Source: Bugula neritina
Lineage: Eukaryota; Animalia; Bryozoa
Length of the DNA: 64,000 nt
Assembly (NCBI GenBank): GCA_964035545.1
Contig: OZ037768.1
Coordinates: forward strand, 13,215,675-13,279,674
Direction: 5' to 3'
The stretch's first letter is position 1, and each line of letters starts with the position of its first letter. Under the pieces are notes generated by a model. The model saw only the letters and a program-made list of their open reading frames with translations. It was not told the origin of the DNA and ran no database searches. Made by a program: the position numbers and the translations under genes. Shown here in pieces: positions 41,376-53,303 of the stretch.

Positions 41376-42806
41376 AGCAGTTCAATTGAACAGCCTTAAT
41401 GAAGCTATTAATTTAGTCTTGCGCTAATAATACATACATGCTGTGAACTACTACACATGTTTTATCCAAAATAGCCTTTTGAAAACATTAACCTGCATTA
41501 AGTTTTACATAATGATATTAACAAATGAGGTTTGATGTTAATCCTTATCTTAAAAGATTTGTGCCACACCTTAAGACCATGTTTCATTTATTTGAAATTT
41601 AAGCCAGAAGCAATATAAAAGAAACTTGAAGATGTAAAATATGCTCAAGAGCAATGTGCAGCATCATCATGAATATGTTGGTTTAAAGTTTTTGTTATTA
41701 AAATCTGTGTAGAATGGTAACTGCTAACGGTAATTGTCAAAATTGACATAATTATTAAAAAAGCTTTTTAATAGCATTCCTCCTGATCATGAATGTTTCT
41801 TTGTTCTTAACATTTGTGTAGCGGGCAACTGCAAAGTGTAGTTATCATAAAAAAACTTTTTTATCACCCTTCTTCAACTGCCTAGTATTTGTACCATTGA
41901 ATTTAACACCTCACTAAGGGCAGCGAGCCTATAAGCATCAATGTACCAATCAGCCAATTACTAGCCACAAAACTCTCAAATAAAATATTCATTTTCACTG
42001 GTTACGATTTCTCAATATTTAAAGTGAAATCATAGGCACATTCAACATTAAGCAAAGTATGTTAAACAATTTGACACAGGACAAAACAAAACCCTATGGT
42101 TGTTGCATGGCTAGCTTCGCAGACACCAATAAAACACAATAACACTCCCCAAGTGAGCTCACGATTGTTTTGGCAGATGTTTACCTTCTAGAGGTTGGGC
42201 ACAAGCCTGTAGCTTCTACATAAATGGTTGACAATAGATCAAATATATCTTTATAACCAAGTAGTGTTGACAGTACAGAATTGTTATTTGCTGGCAAGAG
42301 AAACAAGGTATTGTCATTCTTATATTTTTTTTATTAGTTTACTTTCATTTTTTAAAAAAATTTTTAATTCACCAGTTAAAATATTTATAAAAATACACTG
42401 TGCACATATTACTTAACATCATCGAGTGGCTAAAATGTATACAGAAATTTTGATATTTAAATAGTTTTACTAAATGAGAAAATGTAATGAATATTTGCAA
42501 AATGACAAAAAAATGTTTCAACAGCTCTTCAACAAAGTAATTCCTATAGAAATCTGAAAGATTGAGCACATAATGATTTGATTCAAAATCAAATGCTGCA
42601 CTACACCTTGCTTGTCTCTTCTGGTTGGTCTTAACTTCATCCAATATGATGAGTATTGCCAAACTTGATAGCAAGAAATTCCCACCAAAACAAACTCTGA
42701 TCCGCTGTGTTTTATAGAACCAACACTGCCAATACCTACAAAAAGCATCAAAACAGTTGTGTTTGATATTCTCACAAGATGTTGCAAGGGCAATGCTTGG
42801 AGGAAT

Positions 42807-42876
42807 GAAACTCAGCATTAACAAATGTCTCATCATAGAAGCAGAAACTTGAGCATAATAAAACCATCACAGTTTC
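42807..42876 (-). ncRNA. Box C/D snoRNA-like unit, family A (A1)
   Basis: gaaact GTGATGG ttttattatgctcaagttt CTGC ttct ATGATGA gacatttgttaatg CTGA gtttc; 5-bp terminal stem; D box 74 nt from the 3' splice site. Confidence 0.75.
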
Positions 42877-43074
42877 AATATCAGGTGGACAGAATATGAT
42901 TTATCATGTACTTACAAGTATTCCGGTGTTTTTAACAGGTTCCACCAGCAGACTAGCACAGCATTAACCAACGCCAACTCGCTGCATTTCATAATGTAGC
43001 CCTGCAAAAAACCAGTCAATAGCCTTTCAAGTGATATTCTGGCAAGATGTAACAACTGGCAAAACTTGAATACT

Positions 43075-43144
43075 GAAACTCAGCATAAACAAATGTTTCA
43101 TCATAGAAACAGAAACTTGAGCATAATAAGACCATCACAGTTCC
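43075..43144 (-). ncRNA. Box C/D snoRNA-like unit, family A (A2)
   Basis: GTGATGG..ttatgctcaagttt CTGT..ATGATGA..CTGA; D box 76 nt from the 3' splice site. Confidence 0.75.
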
Positions 43145-43330
43145 AATATTAGGTGGATAGAATATGATTTGTTATGTACTTACAAGTATTCTGGTGTCTT
43201 CAACAGGTTCCACCAGCAGACTAGCACAGCTAACTTGCTGCATTTCATAATGTAGTCCTGCAAAAAACCAGTCAATAGCCTTTCAAGTGATATTCTGGCA
43301 AGATGTAACAACTGGCAAAACTTGAATACT

Positions 43331-43400
43331 GAAACTCAGCATAAACAAATGTTTCATCATAGAAACAGAAACTTGAGCATAATAAGACCATCATAGTTTT
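43331..43400 (-). ncRNA. Box C/D snoRNA-like unit, family A (A3)
   Basis: ATGATGG..ttatgctcaagttt CTGT..ATGATGA..CTGA; D box 76 nt from the 3' splice site. Confidence 0.75.
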
Positions 43401-43570
43401 ACTAAAGGGTTGATAAAAAGATGAATTATCAGATGCATACCAGTATTCTAGTATTTTCCAACAGTTTCTGCCAGCAGACTAGAGATTGTGGTTACCTACA
43501 ACACAGCAGAATATTCTAGTTCACATGATGCGTAACTGATGATAAATTGTGACTGCAGACTCTACCAGTT

Positions 43571-43629
43571 AACTCAGAGTTACATCTCCTCATTAAATTC
43601 AGAGACCTAGATTTGTGCTCATCACTGTT
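43571..43629 (-). ncRNA. Box C/D snoRNA-like unit, family B (B2)
   Basis: aaca GTGATGA gcacaaatctaggtct CTGA attta ATGAGGA gatgtaact CTGA gtt; all four boxes and an aac/gtt stem; D box 76 nt from the 3' splice site. Confidence 0.82.
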
Positions 43630-44129
43630 GGTAGGGAATGGACTGGACAAACCATAAAAAGCTATTTTTTCAAAACATGCCTAAAAACGATGTATACTAT
43701 AATTAGAAAATGATGGAAAGAATTGGGAAAAGAACCATATGTTACTGCATTATTTACATGGTAAAAAGAATTTTGAAATTTTATCAGTTAGGCTAACCTT
43801 GAGTTTATCTCCCATCTGTGTTGATTATATTCGCCAACTATTCTGCAACATGTATGTATAAATGAAAGTAAGTCAAAGCTAGAAAATATGTTACAGCTGA
43901 AACTACTTTTACATGAACACAACTCGATCTCCAAAATAACTATGTTTACAAAAAATACAACTAGATCTCAAAAAGAGATATTATTCAAGTGGGCCAAGTT
44001 TTACGTAGTTCAAGTCAACTAATAGAACACAGAAATTTTAGATCAAGCAGTAAACATGTACTTGTAGTAAACGGCATGTCTCGGATTGTTGTGCAACTTA
44101 GATTAGCTTACAAATTGAACAGTGCCCGA

Positions 44130-44204
44130 GAAACAACTCAGAATCAGTGTCATGTTTTCATCATAAAAACAGAAACTTGAGCATAATATTACCATCATGG
44201 TTTC
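44130..44204 (-). ncRNA. Box C/D snoRNA-like unit, family A (A4)
   Basis: gaaacc ATGATGG taatattatgctcaagttt CTGT tttt ATGATGA aaacatgacactgatt CTGA gttgtttc. The D' guide is conserved and the D guide has diverged. No clear 3' splice site at the usual spacing. Confidence 0.75.
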
Positions 44205-44543
44205 TCAGGGCAACATGAAGGAGCAAGGCACATCACAAACTTAAAGCTAGTGAATTTAAACTCGTACACACCAAAGGTTCAATAGACAGTGTTTATGTGA
44301 CCAATACTTGCTTAGATTTGGGAGTGATGTGCTTTGCCCATACAAGACTATAGGAAAAAATGCTTACCCTTTCGTAATTAGCAGTAGCAGCATCAATAAT
44401 CTGCCCCGTTGAATATTTTAGTCAAGTATGCAATTAGGTAAAGACTCCAGATGGTTTGATACTGCAACTGAAATAAGAAAACTACTATTGAACATGCATC
44501 TAACAATGTTCAATTATATGCACAGGCTAAATTACAACAACTC

Positions 44544-44602
44544 AACTCAGAACTACATTTCCTCACTGTAATCGGAGACCTAGATTTATATTCATCATTG
44601 TT
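44544..44602 (-). ncRNA. Box C/D snoRNA-like unit, family B (B3)
   Basis: aaca ATGATGA atataaatctaggtct CCGA ttaca GTGAGGA aatgtagtt CTGA gtt; D box 77 nt from the 3' splice site. Confidence 0.8.
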
Positions 44603-44856
44603 GGGTAGAAGCTATAGTTGAGGCAACTGACCGCCAATGCAATACAACAAAATACATCAAATTACTTTTTACCAATTGTGCAACACATACCGAATACAGT
44701 CGAGATAAGTGGAGGGCAAATAACCATTCTTCCAACAGAATCTAGCTGCAGATTTCCCATAAGACAAGGCAACACTTTCCTTGTTCTGCAAGTAGTGAAT
44801 CTTGGTTGAGCAGATACAATAGAATTGATAGCAATGCAAGAGCGTTTCATGGGAAA

Positions 44857-44924
44857 AATTCAGTTCCATAAGTTGCGTATCATCAATACAGAGCAGCGAC
44901 TTGAGTACATGACACATCATATCA
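44857..44924 (-). ncRNA. Box C/D snoRNA-like unit, divergent family A-like (A5)
   Basis: ATGATGT gtcatgtactcaagtcg CTGC tctgtat TGATGA tacgcaacttatggaa CTGA; D box 72 nt from the 3' splice site. Confidence 0.65.
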
Positions 44925-45119
44925 CAAAGAACAAGGCAATGTATTATACATTACGACACCAGACACATTTCGTAACACAATTTTATATGCTGACAATACT
45001 TACATGGTGAACACTGAGAATACTTGAAGAAGCAGTTCATCTGAAATCATAATATTTGAAATTATTGTTGGTCAATATAATGTGATTCTTCCTAGATATT
45101 TTGAGAACATATGTTCACT

Positions 45120-45179
45120 AACTCAGATAGTTGTGTCTCCATAAAGATTCAGAGACCTAGATTATATTTCATCATCGAT
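45120..45179 (-). ncRNA. Box C/D snoRNA-like unit, family B (B4)
   Basis: ATGATGA aatataatctaggtct CTGA atcttt ATGGAGA cacaactat CTGA gtt; D box 80 nt from the 3' splice site. Confidence 0.78.
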
Positions 45180-45900
45180 GGCATAAAATTGGCATATTTG
45201 ATAAATAGGAATTACCTGATCTTGCAGATGATTACCAGTGTCAGGAAGTAGGCGAGGTTAGCAATCAGAAAGAAGACACAGAAGAAGCCCAGGCACTCTT
45301 ACTGCAATGAGTGTAGGAAGCCATAAGTCTACAATAAGCAGATATCATTAAGCATAACAATAATGTATTATCTGACGGTATTAAATAATAATACACATAA
45401 CTTGACTAGAAACATAGGACTCAGCATGCAAAATTTATGAAGTAAATTACACAGCACAAATTTAACAACTTTAAAGGTGTAGCCTTGCGTAATTGGAAGT
45501 ACAGGCTTCCAGATAATGACATTTTTACCGGTTTATGACAGAATTTATTTCTACAACACATTTCATTTTATAATGTTCACAACTATGTTTTGTAAAATAT
45601 AAATGTTCAGTACGTTAATGGCAGAATTTCTACAACTAGGAGGGTAAAAGAGAAATTACCTTAATCTTCGTTGAACAGGAAAGACTGGGACTTACACAGA
45701 GGAAACACAAGATTAAAAGGCAGAAATTCAACAGGACATTTTAAACACAAATATATTTAAAATTACTAGAGTGGTACGTTTGTGACTTACAATGCATATC
45801 ACAAAATCAGTCATAGAAAAGATGCATCATTTTAATTTCACCATAGTCAATCGATTAAAATAACATTACTTCAATGAATACAAATATAAGTAAACTATGT

Positions 45901-48900
45901 TTAAGCCTCAGCAGCAGCAGCAACTTCAGCTTGTGCCACTCCAGCTTTCTTTTTATTTCTTCTTCTGCTAGACTTAGAATTGACTGGCTGCGCAAGTAGA
46001 GCCTGAAACAGATTTATTGACAATAAATATAAGTAATTTTATAACAAGCAACATACTCAGGGAGCTGAAAAGCCTACAGCACGACCACTACTAAATCTAA
46101 CATCACTAAAATCTAGAGAAAAATATAAATAACTAGATGAAAATTTTAATGATGAGCAATGCTTTAGCATGGAAACAAACAAACACACATCAGAAAATAA
46201 TGTACAGGGTGAGCATTGAAACTGCCAAAAGCCTAGAAAAACAATGTTAATGCCAATGCCATGACTTACAAGGCAAGCAAATGGAACATACCTTGAGCTC
46301 TTCATTTTCTATCTGGTGTTCGCTTTCATAAATTGAGAGATCTAGAGGTACGCCGGTAATTTTCATGGGGCCATTGGGCATCATCAACACAGTGAACTTT
46401 ATTTGTGCGACAACTTCACCTATAAAAAAGAATTGCACAAGATACAGAAACCTAAACCTGCTTGCTCAGTGTAGTAGAGATTCTCTAGAACTGCAGAGGC
46501 AGAATAACCACAGTAAACTGATTACACAAGTGTTCAAGAGCACTTAATTTACTATCAATTTACTAGGAAGTGGAAGCAAACATATTCAAATCTAGTAATA
46601 CTAAAACACAAGATGACTAGATTATATTACCATCTTTTTCATATAAAACAGGAAACGGTTCAACAATGGCATGTTTGACGCATTCTACAACTCCCATCTT
46701 TGCCTTGGATTCGTCAGAGAATGCCCTGCAATAAAGCATGGAAAAGTTTAATATAGCTAACACTGCTTCAGAGCTACATGACAGAATTGAGACTTCCATA
46801 GGAGTGACTGACTTACCTAAGAGTAAAAGGCATGGTATTGAAGCTGTTCTCCACTTCACTCAAAAATGCTACAACACAATTATTCAATTTCGGTAGACAT
46901 CAAACTTAACTAACAACAACGTAAACTTTCTTCTTGTTAACCATGTAACCTATAAGACTACCCTGTAACTGCTTACCTCTGGAGGCTTTCATTTTTAGTT
47001 GATATATCAGATCTGCTTTGCGTTTATATACAGTAGTTCTAGTGTCTTTCTCTTTTGCCTTGCCTTCTCCTGAACTCACCAAGATGTCTAGCGCATACAC
47101 TTCATGCACATCAAACTCGCACTTTGGGTGCTCTTTTCTGAAATGTTGTAGTAGGATTGATTGCTACGTAAGGATGTGGATACTTGGCAACAAGCACAGT
47201 AATTTTTTTAAACAACTTCATTTAAGGTAAAACTTATTGCCGATAAATTTTAATTAATTTGAATGACATTATGCAAAATTTTACTGCAATGCATATTTTC
47301 AACAAAAAATAATAAATGATGACAGTCATGTTTCATTTTAACGCTTTTGATTTGTGAACACATGTAATGTAGTAAACAATTTATTTCTGATTTTACACAG
47401 AAAAACCCCCTGAAAATCAAAATTAGGCCAGCTTTTAAGCAATCGCACATTGACCACGTTACACCCCATATGCGGTTTATAGAAGTATGCCATTTTTGTC
47501 AAAATTTTACCAACCAAGTAAATCGAATGTTCAGTACCTTTGTGTGTCCGTGGGATTTAAAATAATAGCCTTTTCACCATCAATCTTATGTTGCTGCAGC
47601 TGATGTGAAAGCATGCCTTCCACAGGTTTACAGCCGTATTCTTCAACAACTTTTTGTATTGTGTCTGTTACCTGTTTGGACATAAATCAGTTCTAAATAT
47701 TAGTCTACCACAAAAGAATTTGAATGGAGCAGAAGAGCTACTTATAGTAGCACATTCTTTGAATAACGAATTACATGATTGAAACAGCAACAGCGATTAA
47801 CAGTAAAGACATCAACCTACCATATAATTATCATTTCCCCCTTTGAGAAGACGAAGAGCTGCTTCAGCGGCAAAGTGTGCGGCTAAAATAACATCGGCAT
47901 TTCTACCACTGACTTTATTGCTTGCTGCAGCCCCAACTACTAGTGAATGCGCAACGACGGCGGGAAATCCATCTAAGTGCGCGCCCAGGTCACTGAAATT
48001 ATAAACAAATTGATTAATGGAAAAGCTCATGCATGCTATTACTAAAGCAGTGTTACTGTAATCATGCCAGCAGATACTATTTGGAGCTACCCTCACTTTT
48101 CAAGACCAAATATAATTTCCATTAAAAATACAATAAATAACAAATCATGACAAAATTTTGCAACAAAATTTATATCACCAAATATTTTGTAAAATTGAAT
48201 TCCTAAAAATTACATAAAATTTGAATTTTATTGTTTGTTACATAAATGCTGAGCATAACCTTTATAATGGAAATTATTTTTGATCTTATGCTGCAACTGT
48301 ACTGCATTTTCAAGACAAGAAAAGACAACTTCTAATAACTAAAGCAAAACCAGCCTTAGGATTTTTTGTATTTTGAATATAAGCTAACAAATTTCTTACA
48401 TTTTCACAAGATCCCCATCTTTGAGAACGATGTCCGCATCATTTTTAAGAGGTGAATAATGGCAGACACAGTTATTCACTGAGATACATGTGGGGAAAGC
48501 AATGCCTGCAACATATCAATAAATCTTTGTAAACAGTGGAAAACAAGTTGCTTTTTAAAGCACAATGTTATATTCATGCAGGCGGGGTGGGTGTGGGGGT
48601 GTGATCGATTTTGGATGCTGCATTGTACCAACAAGTTGAATGATCAAGCAAGAAAACTTGCTTAAACTACTAACTTTGGTTATCTGAGATGGGGGATATA
48701 GCTCAACAGCAAATTCAAAGATTGAAAAGACTGGTGATTAAAGAACTTCTGAAAAATTTATCAAGGAATATTTTACAGTTTGCACAACCTTAACTTTATA
48801 ATGGAGGCAATAAAAACCTAAGTGGATGTAAGTCTAAATATAAGGCATTTAAAATTCATACAAACCTTTTTTTATTTCTTTATCTTTACGGTATATTTTC

Positions 48901-50227
48901 GAGGTTCCCTCATTTAGTTTAAGATCTCCATACATACAAAGTTCAAGAACTTTAGCTCCAGAAACACACTTGTCAGCAAGCTCTTTGACAAGATCTAAGA
49001 ATACATAGCAATAGCTATTTGTAAGACATGACTTACATATGGTGCTAGTGGGCGAAAATGCAGCAAAAATTACAACACATAAAACAAACAGACCGGTCAA
49101 ACATTTTATCTTAAACAGCAAAATAACACTTTGAATTATTGTATTGCTATCTTTCAAACCGGTTGGGATGTAACATATTAACTGGCAATAAATTGTAACT
49201 ACAAATAACAGTGACATTGACAAGTTTCCACTAGTCCCACAGTAACATTATTGGTATAACTACAAGTTGCAATCAATTATAAATCTAGTATATGATAATG
49301 ATTGAATCACATTTATGTGATTTACTCTTCTAATTTACTCAGTAATTGTAATTCAAATTGTAAACTAAATTACAATCACTTATAATGAGTGATTGAGATT
49401 TGATGGTGAGTCTCCGAGGTAGGTGCAGTAAATATAATGGAGAAATTGAGAAAAGCCTGTGTTCTAGATTAAAAGTGTAACAAAAGAAGTTATCTTCTTA
49501 CAAGAATTTCAACCGTGCTCCAAACCAAAATTTAATAATAAAATTTTGGCTTTCTTAATGTTTTTACTACTGCTCTTAAGTGGAGTCTCATTGAACATTG
49601 TCATCGAAAGCTAAACTTTTATGGTATAATTACTACTAGTAGTAGCAAGAGGAATTCAGTGAACTCGAGACAAGTACTGTCACTGTGACCTGTGTGTACA
49701 TCTTACATGATCTAATTCCACCACAATTTGAATTAAATTTTAATATCATTAACTCTAGAAGTAAAACTAAAACTAAAAGTAGATTCAAATGGAATTGCAA
49801 GCCGAAGGTCACAATTAATTATTAAAGCACCAATTCGTGAATTACTCAACATAGTCATAAGTAATAAGTTAAAGTTAAAAGTAAAAACGCTAACATTTCG
49901 CTACATTTACAATGGACGCACTAGCTCAAAGTCTAACTGAAAGTGTAAGTCTTCTTCAGTCCAGAGGCCGAGGAAACTTAAATTGAAATATTTAAGCAAT
50001 GTAATGGAATCCGAAGTGATACTGATTCAATTTGAATTTCATTAAACTTTGAGTCAATATGATAATTTTATGTTAGAATATTAAGTACAGCTAGCTTATG
50101 CACAAATCAATTTACAAATGAAAAATTAAAAACAATACTTACTGTTGACTATTTCTGCAACCATTTTATACTTGGTAACAACAACATCTTCAGCAATGGT
50201 TTGCTCTTCTTCTTCGCGGTCCGCCAT
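45901..50227 (-). CDS. PA2G4: Proliferation-associated protein 2G4 (EBP1)
   Basis: Ten exons: 50143-50227 ([21 protein letters not shown]), 48866-48994, 48400-48505 ([19 protein letters not shown]), 47821-47992 (DLGAHLDGF), 47538-47671 (EGMLSHQL), 46977-47137, about 46816-46868, about 46630-46725, 46292-46419 and 45901-46002 (basic tail, TAA). Confidence 0.96.
49421..49603. repeat. Dispersed repeat, inverted copy of 1020-1208
   Basis: Reverse-complement similarity to 1020-1208. Confidence 0.7.
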
Positions 50228-50460
50228 TGTCAACTTCACGTGGGAATACAAAAGAACGGCTAATGTCCGCATTTGACGTTAATAAAAGTGTGTCTATTTT
50301 TCAAACTAAAAACTAAAATTAACAAAAAAAGTGTTAAAAAAATAATAACATCTAAGCATAAATTTATAATAACATTGTTCAAAATATTAGTTTTTCGAAT
50401 GTTTGGTATTGCGATCAACGCCCAAACATTACATATCATGGCGGATGCTTTGCTCTTTAA
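50228..50460. promoter_or_regulatory. Probable bidirectional promoter for PA2G4 and CLASP
   Basis: Head-to-head genes, divergent YY1-like ATGGCGG motifs (at the PA2G4 ATG and at about 50438), CACGTG near 50237 and locally more CpG. Inference. Confidence 0.4.
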
Positions 50461-50599
50461 AATGTTGTTTAGTTGTTGCACAAACATAACTTTTTACAAT
50501 ATGCCAGTACTAATTTTAACGTCGGTTTTAATCCTTTGAATTTCAATGTCAGATTTCTATTTTCAGTTAAAAGCAGTGCAATATTTCTCTGTTGCGATT

Positions 50600-52200
50600 C
50601 TTGTGCTGGGTTTCATTATCATTATTATTCATATTGCGATGCTGAGACTCAGACTGAAAGTCAGAGTGAGTCTCAGTCTGATGAGTGATGTGATACTCAT
50701 ACTGATAGTGATAGTGATACTGCTAGTGATTAATATTATTATGATTATAAAACAGAAAATGAAACAAGAATTTATAAGTATAATACTATCAAACTCTATA
50801 TAAATATGATTATCATTATTTGAAATGCATGGACATATATGATATTATAATTATAATAATTATCATTAAATGATTAATTTTCATATTGATATTCATATTG
50901 AAAATAATAATAATTTATTCATAATCATATTATATTTGTTATTTATTATTCATAATGCTGACAATTTGAATTATAATTGATATTCTTATACTTATAGTCA
51001 TTCTAATTTAAATTTATACTGACGTTTAATCTCAATCTCGTAGTCAATTGAAGTTGATAGTCATACTCAAAAAGTAAGACTTAAACGAACACTAAGAGTT
51101 AGAGTAACAGTAACAGTAAGTGTAACACTAACAGTAACCCTAACTGTAGCTTTAAGACAAAATTGAAAATTAATCTCCCTGTTTGAGTCTCAATCTCATA
51201 GTGATAGTCATACTCATAGTGATACTGATAGTCATACTTAGTTACTCATAGTCAGTGTTATGCTGATGCAGTGATACTACTATTCATATGTGCAGTGCTA
51301 CTGATAGTGAGAGTCATATTGATATTCACTTTTATTGCTCATTAGTCATTACTCATTAACGTTAAGTCTAACTTAACCTTGCCATTACTCATCACTCAAT
51401 CTCGTAGATTAAAATTTACTATACTCAATCTCAATAACACATATTTACATTGATAATCAAATTAAATGAGAATCAGTATCAGATTCAGTCAGTGTGAGTA
51501 CAAGTATTGCTATTTCATTTTCATGCTCATAGTCATACTGATGTGATACTCGTAGTTTTACTCTAACTCTTAGTCTTTTTCTTACATTTACAGTCGTAGA
51601 CCATAGTGATAGTGATGACTATTATTGTTATGTGTAATTGATTCGCTGATTCCTGATAGTGATACTGTTACTGAAAATGATAATAATATTTATTTACTAT
51701 ATTGATACTTTAAATCATACAGCTGCTTGTAGTCATACTGAAAGTTAAAGTCCATGTGTGATTGACTTGCATTTGCCATCAGTGTGAGTATAACTCATGA
51801 CTATCAGTAATAGTAGTACTAATACAGTATTAGTAATGAGTATATTACTAATGGTAATGGTCATAATCATAATGATAGTTGAAGCCATTTTTCTTTCAAC
51901 TTAGCCTTGCCCTAACATTTATACACACTCAAGTATGAATAACAGTGAGTAACAGCAATACTCTAATACTAATAGTGATAGTTATATTAAGTCACTAAAT
52001 ATTAACTTTAAGTATCATGGTTATACTTATTGCATGACTAATACTGTAACCATTAGTATTTACTAAATGCCACACTTATCTTTTTAGTTTTAGGTACTTC
52101 TATACTGCTACCAGTGACGTTCACTGACTCAAACCGATTGCCTCCTTTACCCTTAGTGATTAATTTTAGCTTTAACTCTGTCTCTTGTCTTGCTCTCAAT
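50600..52200. repeat. Degenerate low-complexity tract with 6-bp periodicity (gatagt/catact/aatctc/aacagt)
   Basis: Examples: gatactcatactgatagtgatagtgatactgctagt and aacagtaacagtaagtgtaacactaacagtaaccctaactgt. Confidence 0.7.
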
Positions 52201-53303
52201 CTTTGTCTACATAATTAAAATGACTCATTTAGAATTATTTTAATGCGCACATGCACACCTGGATTGCATGAAACTCATTGCCTTTTTATTTGTTTTATCG
52301 GCTAAGTAATAGCACCATTTTCTTACAATATTTAGCTTAGATTTCAACAACTTTGCTAAAGTTTTGTATGGGTGTATTGCATTCATTCGGCAATAAGTAA
52401 TATAATATTTTCTCCGGACGTCCGAGATTAGTTGAGGTGTTGGCACAGCTTAAAGTGTAGGCCTCAAAGCAGTAGTCACACTAATGCAGTCACTTGGTTC
52501 TTTCAACTTTTTTATTCTTTATATCTTAACTTCAGTGATTGATGCTGAAAGTCAAAATAAAATTAATGTTTGGGTGATATGACAGTTAATTATTCGCCAC
52601 AACTACCCTCATGTAACAGAAACACAGTTACAACCTGCCCAACACAATTTTTCTGCACACTGCTGTTACCAACTCAAGTCTTGCTATGTTGTGTTCCTTG
52701 TGAAAAGCAAAACACTGTTTTTTTCACATTCTACAATATCAGGTATAAACCCCTCTCTCCATAAACAAACTTTTGGCTTATAACGTAGTTTTACTAAGAA
52801 ATTGATCTTTTGTCTTGCTAAGCAGTTTAGGAGTTCTAGGAGTTAGTGTCTGTAGTCAGTAGTAGATTCCTACTAAATCTAATAGTCTTTTGTTATAATG
52901 CCATCAAGTGCTTTTGGTGGTCAGTACAGTAACTGCTATTATAATGTACTACATTCTTATAAACTTGCTGTATTCTGCCTAGTAAATACAATAAATGCAA
53001 CATGTCTATTAAATGATAGGCATAATTGTAAAAATTCACTCATTTGAACTTTTCCTTTGATTGCTATATACTCTGGTATCGTTTTGTTAGGGTTAAAATA
53101 AGCAACATTCTCTGCTTCATCAGGATGATACTTATAAATGCTATGGTGTTTAAAGCCCTTTGCCTGTACCTTATTACAAACACTAATGTTATTTGAAAAA
53201 ATATATGATCATTAATAAATATACATCTTTAATGATGAAATATTTATTCAACTTTTGGTATTTAGGTATAATGTAGACGCCCCCAGTCTGTGATAGCTGC
53301 ATC

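Larger units (their letters stand above)
42400..45301 (-). ncRNA. Putative non-coding snoRNA host transcript with short exons
   Basis: Short GT-AG exons at about 45216-45301, 45004-45040, 44691-44785, 44368-44467, 43758-43842, 43441-43495, 43184-43257, 42916-43001 and 42607-42735, with no conserved ORF. Most introns carry one C/D unit. Both ends are uncertain. Confidence 0.6.

Noticed and set aside
42645-42703. Plus-strand ATGATGA...CTGA that looks like a C/D snoRNA
   Set aside because: It is antisense to the host transcript, lies in a predicted exon and lacks clear C'/D' boxes.
42369-42836. 155-aa and 91-aa ORFs, and a 44-aa small ORF in the duplicate at about 34.4-34.6 kb
   Set aside because: The ORFs cross predicted introns and a snoRNA unit, and the ATG and frame are not conserved between the two copies.
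46055-46110. GTGATGT...CTGA in PA2G4 intron 9, and a similar CTGA in intron 8
   Set aside because: Only about 50 nt, with no terminal stem, no convincing internal boxes, and spacing to the 3' splice site unlike the other units.
48691-48715. tRNA-like start gggggatatagctca
   Set aside because: No B box or cloverleaf follows; at most a SINE or tRNA fragment.
50260-50803. Hydrophobic ORFs between PA2G4 and CLASP
   Set aside because: They are by-products of AT-rich, hexamer-periodic low-complexity sequence.
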